Shown here: in pieces, positions 12,500 through 24,613 of the stretch | Layout: each line of letters opens with the position of its first letter | Numbering within the stretch: position 1 is the first letter of the stretch | From: Octopus sinensis | Lineage: Eukaryota | Length of the DNA: 58,859 nt | Reading direction: 5' to 3' | Assembly: GCF_006345805.1 (NCBI RefSeq) | Contig: NW_021832283.1 | Location: 1 to 58,859 of the forward strand | Position numbers and translations under genes: made by a program | The notes under the pieces: generated by a model | Told to the model about the DNA's origin: nothing | The model's input: the letters and a program-made list of their open reading frames with translations, nothing else | Databases searched by the model: none

Positions 12500-13693
12500 G
12501 TTGGTGATGTAGGGGCCGACCTCACGTTTCCTATGGGGGTCCCAATTTTTTATTCTTCCCTTAGATATCTTGGAAGATCTTTTATCCTAAAAATGGCTGT
12601 TGGATGCCTTCCTTTCAGATCTTTAAATCACGTTTCTCCTATCCAAGCATATTGTCTAGCATAGTCCTTATGTTTTGGAAATAATAAAGTAGTATGGTGA
12701 GGCGCAATTTTATCGTTTGTACATTTGTCGTTTGAGTCGAGCTCGACCAAAATCTTTTATCCCTTGGATTTTCTGGGAGGGTATTGCGTTTTTTTTACTT
12801 GTCTGTAATGCATGGTTTTCTGACTTTGTGGGGGCTGTGGATGGGGATGGGGGCAATAGTCTTTTGGCCGAGTATCGTACCGCCGTAAACTCCCTCTCGA
12901 CTGCCTCCATGGTGTCATCTGGGAGAGTTACACTTTTACTATCAGGTGCCATCGACGTTAACGTGGGAACTTTTGTTCTTGTTGCCGGGATTGATGTGTG
13001 CGTAGTTTGGGGCTTTTGGGGTGCTTGCTGGGGACTTGTGTGGGCACCGCCGTTGGGAGAGTGGGTGTCTTTGCTAGTGTAGGAGCTGGTGTGTGTGAGG
13101 GTTTGGAGGCAGTTTGGGGGGTTTGTGAAGAGTTCTGTGTATGTGTATCCACTGTTGTTAGGGCCGTTTCTTCCTTCTTTTCCTGAGTCACAATCGGCCC
13201 TTATGTACCCTTTTCGGCCACATTTAAAACACCAAGTTTCTTCCCTTCCATTTGAATTTTCAGGAGCACGTCCTCACTCACGAGCAGTCTGTCGGGAATT
13301 CTTCCCAAGTCTTCCGGTGCCGCTCGAATAATGACCGCTATGCTCTGCCCGAGTCCGTTTAGGGCGGGGGGCAGCGTGTCACTTGCAAAACGTTAATTTT
13401 GTCTTCTCTGTTAAATAACAGGGATCCATCACCCACACGACATCTATTTCCGGTGGTATTTCCGATACCTTGACATGGGAGGTGCACCGCCCCATATATG
13501 TCGGCAGAAGCACCACTTTTGTTTTTAACGGTCTGACAGAGCGCTCGCGGGCCTTCTCTATTGTCCTAAACCTGGCTTCTACTGTGCCAAATTTTCTTCC
13601 TCTTGTAACATAAGTAATGTCATTCCAGATTGGGGCAAGACATTTTTCGATTTCAGTCTGGTCCATATGTGCCAGCTTTTTTCCTCCGGACAA
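12500..13693 (-). pseudogene. Tx1 ORF1 remnant (RRM-like region + CCHC zinc knuckle)
   Basis: 13379-13693 EKCLAPIWNDITYVTRGRKFGTVEARF...PTYMGR is homologous to the ORF1s at 23325 and 43660; knuckle near 13190-13235 with H>Y change. Confidence 0.8.
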
Positions 13694-13934
13694 AACGTTT
13701 TAAAAGCAATGGTTCTTTTTTGGTTTCTTCTCTTATGCTAGTGGGAGGATATATTTTTACATCGCCCTCCGCCCCAGTCAGTTCCTGGAGGTTTCCAAAT
13801 GGGATCACCAGATTTTCTGTTTGTACAGCGACAACTGCCGCGAAGCACTAAACAGGTAGGATGAGCACCAGCTAATATATTTAGTGAAAATGGTTTCAGT
13901 GGAAAGCATTCAATATTGATAGGGAATGAAAGTA

Positions 13935-14800
13935 AAGAAATTAGCGAGTTACAATCAGAAAATTTAGGATCCATCCGACAAAATAATTTGTAACTGTCAA
14001 CATATTTGTTGAGTAACAATCAACATATTTAGGAAGTATCATCGGAGAAATTTAGTGATTTACATTGAATAAATATAGTGATTAATTGTGAAAACATTTA
14101 ATGATTAACAGTGAACAAATTTGTAATTTTCTGAACAAATTTATCGATTAATAATGAAAAATTAGTGAACAAATTTTGTAATTAACAACGAACAAATTTG
14201 GCGGTTAACAGTAAACAGATATTGTAATTCACATTGAACCAATTTTAGTGATTAATAATGAGTGAGCAAACTTTGTAATTAACAGCGAATAAATTTGACT
14301 ATGAACAATGAATACATTTTCTAAAAGCATTGAACAAATTTAGTGCTTAACAGCTAACAAATTTATCGATTAACACTGAACAAATTTATTCATTATCAGT
14401 GAACGAATTTTTTGAATAGCAGTGAACAAATTTAACATCCAACAAAATGAGTAACTAACTGTGAATAAATTTAGTGTGTAACAAGGAAGAAACTTAGTGA
14501 TTAACAGGGAAGAAATTTAGTGATGAACAGCGAAGAAATTAACTGTGAAGAAATAATAGCAGTCCACGAATTTAGGGAACAACAATCAACAAGGGATATC
14601 AGCAATTTTAGTGAATAACTTTGAGCTAATTTAGAGTTAATTTAGTGATTCACAAAGTCCACAACTTTAGGGAGTACTATCAAAAGATTTTGTAAATAGC
14701 ACTCAACAAACTGATTAACAGTTCAGAAATTCAATGAGTAATTACCAATAGGTTTAATAAATCTCAACAAATTTTTGTAACAAGGGCCAAAAAATTTGCT
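13935..14800 (+). repeat. decayed 23-bp minisatellite, block 2
   Basis: 14333-14434: gaacaaatttagtgcttaacagc / taacaaatttatcgattaacact / gaacaaatttattcattatcagt / gaacgaattttttgaatagcagt, exact 23-bp period. Confidence 0.8.
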
Positions 14801-14844
14801 GGGTGCAGCTAAAAAATTAAAAGAGTGAAAAGATTTAATTCTTC

Positions 14845-15045
14845 CTCCTATAGATGAAAGGCCTAAAATTTTGATGTGGTGAGATGCTAGTCGACAACAT
14901 AGACCTCAGAGTTTAACTGGTCGACTCCGGGGGAATGAAGGGTAAAGTCGGCTCCGGCAGAATTCGAACTCAGAACGTAAAGATGGAGGAAATGCCGCTA
15001 TCCGTATTGTTCGGCGTGCCAACAATTCTGCCAGCTCGTTGCCTT
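14845..15045 (-). mobile_element. SINE family 2
   Basis: aattctgccagctcgttgcctta head and gaattcgaactcagaacgtaa match the family. Confidence 0.8.
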
Positions 15046-16389
15046 ATAATAGTTGTCTTGCTTTGCTCGTGTCTTTACTTGGGTAGAAATATTATATGCC
15101 ACGTTAACTATTAGGATGTTATTGTTGTTGATAGTAGAATGGGTTATGATGGCGTCTAGCCCCAAGCCAGCCCTAATCTTGCAGACTTGTGACCAAAAGG
15201 TTATTCCATCTATGACAATACTGTGAAAGAAATTCGTGTTTTCAAACATAATATACCTAAAAATAAAGATACTTCCTTTGTACTGTTTTAATCTTGATCT
15301 ATGATTTGAAGGAGTTTTAGCTGCTACTTCTAGCAAAGTTTAGCAGCTACACACAGGTTTGCTCTTTGGTTCGTGTGAAACAATAGATTTTATATCAGGA
15401 GTTTTTATTATTTTTTCCATCTGTAATATCTTTTCTATTTATTTATTTATTGTAGTCGTCTTTTTAGGGTTTTTTTTGTTGAACTTTTTTTGTTATTTTT
15501 GTATGTGATGAATTGATATTGTCATTTGTTGCAGTTTAGGAAGAAATATAGAAATCATTATGAGATCAACTAATGAATAGAGATGATAGATTTTTGTGAA
15601 TGTGTGATTTCTGACTTTTGTGATTTCTCGCCTCATTACAGCTTTTCGGCGTTCTTTGAAGTTTAATCTTCAAACGACGTTCGGTTTCGGTTTCCTGATT
15701 CTACAGCAACTGCAAAGAAGAATCGTCTAGGCAGCGCTTAGCTAGTTTCTCTTAGTCAGTGTGACTCCCCCAAAACAACATTTGTCTTTCACTTAAAGAC
15801 CACTCTCATATCATACCCTTCACGGGGCTCACTAAATTTTCTTCTTTCACTTAAAACTTCCATCATCGAAAATAAAACTCAAACAACAATTTGATGATGG
15901 CGTAGGTCATGTTGATTTATTTTTGTTGTTTTTTGTTGTAATGTTATCATTATTGTTATCGCTGTTGTTGTTATTGTCCTCGTTATTATTGCTGTTGTTA
16001 TTACTGTGATACTGTTGCTGTTGTTGTTGTTGCAACTGCTGTTGCCATTATTATTATTGTTGTTGTTGTTACTGAGTTTGTCACAGTTCTACTATTATTG
16101 ATGCGGTTGTTGTTGCTGTTGCTGCTACTGCTGCTTCCATTTCTTTTATGAAAGAAGAACAGCTTATGAATGGCGGCAAACAAAGAAATAAAAAGGTGAC
16201 AATCAACCATTATAAAAGGAAATAACCATGATTAAACATAAAATGGGAAATAGTTGCAAGAACACCAGAAACGGTGGATCCAATCAGTAAATAGGTGCAA
16301 AAGAGTTTTTAGCATCGATGTTCATTGGATAATAACTAACGTATGAAGTGTCAGATTTTTCTTTTTAATTATAAATATGATGTATATCA

Positions 16390-17005
16390 CGATGACGACG
16401 GTGGGAGGGGAGTCGGGGTCGTGGTGGTAATGATGATGATGATGATCGTCATCATCATCATCATGACGATGACCACGACGATGACGATGATGATGATGAT
16501 AGTGCTGATGGTGATTCTGGTGCCGGTGTTTATGGTAATAGTAACGATGATGAGGATGATTGAGATAATGAAGAAGAGGAGAAAAAGGAGGAGATAGTGT
16601 AGGAGGTGGAGGTAGGCAGTGGATGTGTGACAGCAATGGTACATCGGCGGCAGCGGCGGCAGCGGCGGCAGCGGCGGCAGCGGCGGCAGCGGCGGCAGCG
16701 GCGGCAGCGGCGGCAGCGGCGGTGGTACTGGCGGCAGGGGTAACGGTGGTGCTTTTGTTGGTGGTGTGATGGTATGCATGGTAGGAGCAACGACGGTAAT
16801 GGTTATTATGGCAATGAGAGAGAATAGGAGGAGAAGGAAGAGGAAGAGGCGGAGGTTGGGTGCTGGTGCTGGTGATGCCAGTATGGAAATTAGTGTAGTG
16901 ATGTGGGTGAAGGTGGTGGTCATAGAGAGAGCATTCATGTAGTAGTAAGATTTAGTAAGTTGATGATGATGGTGGTGGTGGCGATGGTGGTGGTGGTGGT
17001 GGTGG

Positions 17006-17044
<39 letters not shown>

Positions 17045-17050
17045 CCACAA
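16390..17050. repeat. GC-richer compound triplet repeat (GAT/GGT/GAG) with (CGGCGGCAG)x8 at 16645-16722
   Basis: Direct reading. Confidence 0.85.
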
Positions 17051-17770
17051 CGACGACGTGTGATTTTAGGAATTCTGTTTCGATTGCTAAGTAGAGCTCT
17101 ATTATGTATTGTATTGTTAATGCCTTTTAGAAACTTGTGTTACAATATCCTCATTTTCTTATCCCTAAAAATATATTCTTGGCTTTAGTCTCTGGTTGAT
17201 ACTCGTAAAAGAGTGCGCAATCGGAATAAGAAGAAAAAAAGACAGAAATACAGAAAAATGGACAGGTAGTGGTTGTCATAGACTAAGAACTAAGACACCG
17301 ACAATGTACAAAGTGGTTTCAAACCCAGTTCGAAAGACATTTTCCCTCCGTTTTGGCTTTTAATGGAATACCACGATGCCACAGTATCTTATTTATTTAT
17401 ATCAATAGAGAACCTTTTTTCAAAATAAATCGCAATTTGTTAGGACTTAATTTACAAATTTTTATAATCAAGATGAATAACGTGTGATAAATATCACGAA
17501 GTAGAGGGAAGATGAAAATAAATTCTCTTTGAGAGATGTTTATTGTTGAAGAAACTAACTCAGTGACAAAGTAGTTCTCCTAGAGTCCTTTTGAAAGTAC
17601 TGAATGATCATCGCTGAATAATCATAGATCCGCACAATCAGGACTGAACTGGGTTTAATAAGAGCAGTTGAAACATCTTGACAAATGAATGATCAAATTC
17701 GATTTATTCTATCTGTTCTAAGTTAACCGGAAGATCAATATATTGACAGTATATTGTCAGTATATTTTAA

Positions 17771-18188
17771 GGCGGCGAGCTGGCAGAAACATTAGCACGC
17801 CGGGCGATATGCGTAGCCGTATTTCGTCTGCCGGTACGTTCTGAGTTCAACTTCCGCCGAGGTCGACTTTACCTTTCATCCTTTCAGGGTCAATTAAATA
17901 AGTACCAGTTACGCACTGGAGTCGATGTAATCGACTTAATCCGTTTGTCTGTCCTTCTTTGTCCCCTCTGTGTTTAGCCCCTTGTGGGTAGTAAAGAAAT
18001 AGGTATTTCGTCTGCCGTTACGTTCTGAGTTCAAATTCCGCCGAGGTCGGCTTTGCCTTTCATCCCTTCGGGGTCGATAAATTAAGTACCAGTTACACAC
18101 TGGGGTCGATATAATCGATTTAATCCGTTTGTTTATCCTTGTTTGTCCCCTCTATGTTTAGCCCCTTATGGGCAATAAAGAAATAAGT
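17771..18188 (+). mobile_element. SINE family 2 partial dimer with Tx1-like 3' tails
   Basis: Full unit 17771-18003 plus head-truncated unit 18003-18188; 14-bp direct repeat gtatattgtcagta at 17749-17762 and 18187-18200. Confidence 0.85.
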
Positions 18189-18222
18189 ATATTGTCAGTA
18201 ACTGATCATTATTATCTCTTAA

Positions 18223-18426
18223 GGCGGCGAGCTGGCAGAATCGTAGCGCGCCGGCATTTCGTCCGACTTTACGTTCTGAGTTCAAATTCTGTCGAGGTCG
18301 ACTTTGCCTTTCATCCTTTCGGGAAGTCGTTAAATTAAGTACCAGTGATGCACTGGAGTCGATGTAATCGGCTTGTCTCTTCCCCAAAATTTCAGCCCCT
18401 GTGCCTATTGTAGAAAGGGTTATTAT
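18223..18426 (+). mobile_element. SINE family 2 with the common tail
   Basis: ggcggcgagctggcagaa head, gagttcaaattc B box, tail cccaaaatttcagcccctgtgcctattgtagaaagggttattat. Confidence 0.85.
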
Positions 18427-19122
18427 CTGTAAACGAAGCTTCTTCGTGGTATAGACTGACCTGATAAATTTAGACGTCAAATCTTCTTCAAATCACAGCT
18501 CCCATCGTCTTAGCAGAAGAACGCATTTTGATAATGTGAATATTTAATTGTCTGTATGGAAAACAAAAACAAAAAGAAGGTTTTATTTTTTACTTTTTAC
18601 TGGATGACTTACCTTTTGATTCCTTAAATCACACGTACTCCTATTTGTCGTCGTTATGGTTATCATCATCATCATCATCACCACACACACACACACACAC
18701 ACACAAACACAAACGCACACACTCTCACACCCACATACCCGCACACATGCACATACACCCATTATTGCCTTTCAAAAGAAGAGGATACATTGGATGATAT
18801 TGTCATAAATACACACTAACTAAACAGAAAACAAACTGAGTCTCGGCCGAAGCGCCTTTAATTATGAATCTACTCAACCATGACTGTCCAGGTGTTAAAC
18901 AACAACCACGGCCATCAGATTCTTGCCATTGTTACCATCTGGACTTTAAAAAAATCATCTATCCCCATAACGTCCATTATCTACACATGATGACTTCAAA
19001 TAGAAGCTAAGTGAATACGTTTAATATGTTGCGTAGAATTATAGATAACCTATTTAATAATACAGTAACGGCTACAAAAACAACCTTTTTTGTGCAATAT
19101 TCGAACAATACAATTCTATGAT

Positions 19123-19340
19123 TCTTTTACTCTTTCTCTCTTTTACTTGTTTCAGTCATTTGACTGCGGCCATGCTGGAGCACCGCCTTTAGTCGAGCAA
19201 ATCGACCCTAGGACTTATTCTTTGTAAGCTTAGTACTTATCCTATCGGTCTCTTATGCCGAACCGCTAAGTCACGGAGACGTAAACACACCAGCATCGGT
19301 TGTCAAACAATGCTAGGGGGACAAACACACACACACACAT

Positions 19341-19376
<36 letters not shown>

Positions 19377-19544
19377 GTACATATATACGACAGGCTTCTT
19401 TCAGTTTCCGTCTACCAAATCCACTCACAAGGCTTTAGTCGGCCCGAGGCTATAATAGAAGACACTTGCCCAAGGTGCCACGCAGTGGGACTGAACCCGT
19501 AACCATGTGGTTCGTTAGCAAGTTACTTACCTCACAGCCACTCT
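19123..19544 (-). mobile_element. SINE family 1, full length
   Basis: Best-preserved copy; head, CORE-like block, internal microsatellite and tail. Confidence 0.92.
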
Positions 19545-20214
19545 ACTCATTTCTGATTGCTACCCGTTAAGAAAAGTAATGCGACAGAAGATCACGGGCA
19601 ATAGGGAATAATATGAAGTAATTACTGGCATCAATCAGATCCATTTCTTTATTTTTTTATGTTTTTTTCATTGCTTAGTTAAAGAGAGAATTGGCAGCGC
19701 CCATGAAATGGCCACCCTGACTAGTGAGGGAAAAGGAGAGAGGTATGTTGAAACTACGGTCCTGGTCTGAATGTCTCCAACAGAATGGATCCGTTAAAGG
19801 TAACCGTGAACCGGATGAATGTGGTAAACTATGATGTCTACCACCCATGTATGTCACATTGGGATTTCAACTCAGAACGCAAAGATACGAACAAATGCCG
19901 TATGGCAACCTAACCGACATTCTAATTCTTTCACCAGCTGACCGTCCTAGACGGGCCTTTTGTTTGCCGACCCCGGAGGGGATGAAACGCTTAACTTACC
20001 TCATCAGTGTTTGGAATCAGAATGGAAGAGGCAGAAATAAATACAGCACAGCATCTCGTCCATTTTAGTAATTCTGCCAATATACCACCTGGGCTTGTGT
20101 CGCTGCTGGTATCGATGCTGCAATTGTTGTTTTTAAACGATATCGATGGTGGTATAGTCGGAGGAACGGCTATTTGACTTATACAGTGACATTTAGTTTC
20201 GTAAGTTACGTACG

Positions 20215-20340
20215 TTAATGTTCTGAGTTCAAATACTGAGTTCAAATATCGCCTTTCATCTTTCTGTGGTTAATACAATTGTAAACTACAAACCGAATAC
20301 TGGGTTGGATTTAATCGTTTATAAACTTTCAACAAAACTT
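20215..20340 (+). mobile_element. degenerate SINE family 2 fragment (another on minus strand at about 19860-19925)
   Basis: gttctgagttcaaat...cgcctttcatct matches the family. Confidence 0.55.
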
Positions 20341-20984
20341 ATGTGGCTGTGTGCATTAGTAGTAGTAGTAGTAGTTGTTGTTGTTCTTGTTGTTGATACG
20401 AAATAAAATTAAATTAGGAAAAATATTTTTCTTCTCACATCCTATTATAAATTAAAATTTTTTTTCACTAAATATAAAAAAAACGATAAAATAATGTTTG
20501 TTTCTGGTCTGAAACAAGACAGTGTTCTATTGTTTTGTTTCTTTGTCTCTTTTTTTTTTGTTTCAGTTTCCTTCCTGTTTGTTTTCTTTTATTTCGCTTT
20601 GTTTTTCTTTTATCATTTTTCCGAGCGTTCGGCATTCATGGATATTTCATTACGCAATTAAAATGTCTTTCAAAATTATTGGAATTTTTTTTAATCCATG
20701 CTTAATTATTTTTTTCTTTCTTTTAAAGGAAATAAAGAATTAAATAATATCAGATACTTACTTTCAGAAATTTAAGCATCCATTATTTATTTATTGTTTT
20801 ATTTTCATTTTTTCTTCTTCTAACAACTGATATGAGAAGTACAAATTCACTTCTTAGTTTCTTATACATATGTGCGTTTGCAAGGAACCAATTCATGTAC
20901 ACATTGCTTAATATAATGGTATATATATGAGTGTGTGTGTGTGTTTATATATATATTTATATATAAGAAAGAGAGAGAGCAAGA

Positions 20985-21132
20985 GGTTATACATACATAC
21001 AGACATACTTAGATACATAAATAGATATATACATACATAGATATGTACATATATACATAAATATATACATACATACATAAATATATACATACTTACATAC
21101 ATATATGGATACATACATAAATACATACATAA

Positions 21133-21183
<51 letters not shown>

Positions 21184-21197
21184 AATATATATATATA

Positions 21198-21258
<61 letters not shown>

Positions 21259-21260
21259 GT
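20985..21260. repeat. (CATA)/(TA)n tract
   Basis: Direct reading. Confidence 0.9.
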
Positions 21261-21355
21261 TCAGCAAACTTTAGATTCAAATGAATATGGTACTTAATTT
21301 AGATGCACCAGAATTCTGTATGGTGTTATCCATAAGAATCCGTATGGTGATTATA

Positions 21356-21409
21356 ATCAAAATAAGCAACAAGAATGACTCCGGAGTCATTCTTGTTGCT
21401 TATTTTGAT
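21356..21409. other. perfect 54-bp palindrome, no spacer
   Basis: atcaaaataagcaacaagaatgactcc|ggagtcattcttgttgcttattttgat. Confidence 0.97.
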
Positions 21410-21425
21410 ATATATATATATATAT

Positions 21426-21920
21426 AAAACTTAGATAAAACTTAGTTATGTTTCGACCAAAGATTGGTCCAGGCCATGTCTAACTTAATAGCACCACCTG
21501 ATAGGATTATCTAAATCCTGTTTAAGTCAAGTTTTGTTTATGGTCTATTCAAGTAGTGAGTTGGGTGAGTTGTATCCAATTATGGGTGGCTTATCTGGTA
21601 TTCCTTGAAGGAATCTATCCAGACTCCGTTTAAAATTGATGGGATCCTTTTCCTCTTTGATCTCTTTCGGTACAATGTTAAATAGGGCAGGGTCTGTTGA
21701 AGAAAAGAAATTATGTTGCAGTGTACATGTATGCTGTGATCTTGAATTGGGCAGGGGACGTATAGCCCGTGGTCCCAGTCTTGGATGAACCTTGAAGCTA
21801 ATGTTCAGGTCGTTTGGGCAAAGTTGGCGGTATATTCTCCACATCGTACAAATGATATACCGCTCACGGCAACGCTGGAGAGAGTAGAGTTTCAAGGGTT
21901 TAAGGCGGTCCCAATAATCG
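21426..21920 (-). mobile_element. CR1/L2-group LINE 3' fragment with intact 3' end
   Basis: LKLYSLQRCRERYII...LFNIVPKEI...FKRSLDRFLQGIPDKP C-terminus; 3' stem-loop gacca-atctt-tggtc then gaaac and a short tandem tail (ctaagtttt); clade call from motif recognition. Confidence 0.8.
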
Positions 21921-22282
21921 AGAGATACATACATGCAGGCAGACAGACAGACAGACAGACAGACAACTACACATAGCAACATGTTTGATGTAAGTATCCT
22001 CTCTGCCTATCATTTATACTTAAGTGCTGACTTGCAAATCTGTCTGTATCTGTATTAGTGTCAATGTGAGAAGTCATGGCACGTTAGCTAGACAAATACA
22101 AATCATACATTAATAGTTTACAGGTGTTCAAAGAAAAGTTTGCCTCACACTGCACACTTTTATACACCTACTCTGGATTTACACACACAACTTCTCTTCT
22201 GCAGATTAGCCATCACCACCGCCACCACTACCAGCCCTCGCTCATGTAACTTGAATATAATTTTCGAATAATTAGATATTAC

Positions 22283-22350
22283 TCACTTCTGATGAGATTC
22301 GTGTAGAATCAAAACATTATCAACTTAATAATTTAGGGTCACCAAATAAA
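22283..22350 (+). ncRNA. degenerate hammerhead-ribozyme-like motif (Penelope-type), probably inactive
   Basis: CTGATGA-gattc-gtgta-gaatc-(G>A)AAAC-att-(G>A)TC-aac...AATAAA. Confidence 0.35.
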
Positions 22351-22429
22351 GAATACTCTCCACTTTTTGATGTAGCGAATCATATATTTTGTGCCTGTAA
22401 ACTTGGCCTTAAGAAATAATACACGAGAA

Positions 22430-22489
<60 letters not shown>
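22430..22489. repeat. (TATC)n, 5' flank of Tx1 copy B
   Basis: Direct reading. Confidence 0.97.
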
Positions 22490-22663
22490 GACAGACGTGT
22501 TGTCACCTCGGCTCCGAAGGTAATCGTTTATTTTGACTATTTATAGCCCATATTTTGTGTACATTTTTGTACATTTTTGAGTGCTTTTCCAAGGGAGGAA
22601 TTCGCCCCTAGGGGCAGTTTCAACCCTATTTTATTTACGTATTTTTCTTCTCGACATTAAAAA

Positions 22664-24550
22664 ATGTCGAGAAATGTTATTGTAGAACCCTGGTCAAATT
22701 CCTTTATGGACCAGCATTTTCCTAGACTTGAAACGCTAGGAGAAAAAAGAACGTATGCACGCACACACATTCGACAAAGACAAACCTGAATGACGTGGTA
22801 GTGAACGCTGCAACCACTTGCGGTAACAGCCCTGTCACCACCACCACCACTAACAACAACAACAACAACGAGACTACTACTGCTACCACCACCACCACCA
22901 CGACCAACATAAATTATAAAAATGAAACTCACGTGAATACTATTAACAAAAACAACAGCAACAAGAAGAACAACAACAAAAATGAAATAAATATTTTACC
23001 ATCTAATAGTGAAGATATTAATATAAAAGAATCAACAGCACCAGTAAATTTCGCTGACACTCTGCGTCAGAAAAAAAGAAATAATAAAATTTACGAATGA
23101 AGAGTTAATAGAAACGAGAGCACTCTTTACAACCCAAGGGCAGGATTTAGTGCTGCATACACCTCAACACATAAAGGAACAAATAGAAAATAAGACAATT
23201 ATATATAAAATTATAAGAAAAAACAAAAAACAAGATGAACAGATTACAAAAACGGACATAGAAAAGTGTTTAAAAACATAATGAAAGAAAAGAATATATA
23301 AACAGGGGTCCCTAGTTTAATACAGTGGTGGTCCACTTCCCTAACCAAAAGGTGGCAAAAGCTCACTCTACGAAGTCTTTGCAAAATGATGAAATCATCA
23401 TGGTCCCATATTACAAAGGCCAGAGTGTGAGTAGAATTAGCATTAAAAATGTACCCCACGAGATACCTAACAAATGGATAACAGGAGCGATCTGTTACCA
23501 TTTGAAAACGATAAACATATTAGAAACCTCCGTGTACAAAAACGACAATTGGGGTGGTAAAACAGTAGTAGTGACCATCCAGATTGAGAGGTCCTCTATC
23601 GAGAACCCACCTGATAGGATCCATTTAGAAAATGGGCAAATCCTATGTGTTGTAGCAGAAGGCAAAAAGCCCAGATGCTACAACTGCGGCAGCGCAGAAC
23701 ATTTAATTGCCAAGTGCGCTCTGGCAGATAAAAAAAAAGAAAGAACAAATCAGAAAACAAATAAAAAACCCTTGTTGGCAACACCAACACCAACACATTC
23801 AATTATGGAACAATGCCAAGAAAAACAAGAAACCAGCAAACAAACCCCAACAACATCATCAACAAAAGAAACAGTACCAACACAATCACCGTTGACGTCG
23901 CAACCAATTCATCATGCTGAACCAACAAAATGTAGACCAACACTAACACCGAGGACGACAATTAAAAAGACAGAAAACAGTGACGAGAAAACAAATTCTA
24001 CCCCTAACACCACAACAACACAAACACAGCACAAAACATCAACAATTTCTACAAGCATACATATTAACGCAAATGCTTTGCCTTACCCCATTCTGATACG
24101 TCCGACGACGAAAGTTCGACGGAATGGCAAATAGCCATAGGTGGTAAAAGGAAAAGATCAAAAAAGCCCACCAAACAAGGAAGTAAAGCAGGGAGATATT
24201 TAACTCCGGACAGCATCCCCCTAGATAATCAAAAAATCAATGAACCCGCAAAACCACACACACAACTAACTGCAATAGACACAGACAATAAAAAATTAAT
24301 GGATTACATTGCATCCAACACGGACATCTGTGAAGATGACTTTAAGACAAACAATCATCCGCGCACCACACCACCGAAACACATAAGAATTGTACATGTA
24401 ACACAAACAGAACACCATACACTGAAAACAATATTTCCAAATGCGGTAGGCGGGTTTCAACGATACCTCTCAAAAAAACTATTCAAACAACTCATCAAAG
24501 ACACTACAAAAGAAGAACAAAAAACTGAAACTTTCGAAATGAGTAAGTGA
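22664..24550 (+). pseudogene. Tx1 ORF1 (low-complexity N-terminus, RRM-like region, CCHC knuckle, T/Q-rich C-terminus), frameshifted
   Basis: ORF pieces 22795-23100, 23325-24134, 24299-24550; CX2CX4HX4C at about 23676-23718; likely ATG at 22664. Confidence 0.8.
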
Positions 24551-24613
24551 CCTTCCCTCTAGCCTCTTGTCTCTCCCAATGTAGTGTGTGAAACACAATT
24601 TTCGTAAACGTCA

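Larger units (their letters stand above)
10565..13900 (-). mobile_element. Tx1/L1-clade LINE copy A, degraded, 3' portion lost
   Basis: ORF1 remnant with CFKCGRKGYIRADC knuckle, APE start MTTLNLGYLNV..., GYWKLN motif, RT up to VRQGYPLSP; colinear with copy B. Confidence 0.9.

Noticed and set aside
13935-14800. CRISPR-like repeat/spacer appearance of the 23-bp array
   Set aside because: The constant part is only about 9 nt, the variable parts are mutually related rather than unique spacers, there are no cas genes, and the context is eukaryotic
15600-15900. Possible host exon or promoter (cattacag acceptor-like site, locally CpG-richer)
   Set aside because: No ORF, no clear donor, no homology I can recognise
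16387-16938. 183-aa proline-rich ORF
   Set aside because: Composed entirely of compound triplet and 9-mer repeats; no domain or splice support
21445-21482. Hammerhead at CR1/SINE tails (stem-loop followed by GAAAC)
   Set aside because: No CTGANGA core upstream; better explained as the LINE 3' recognition stem-loop
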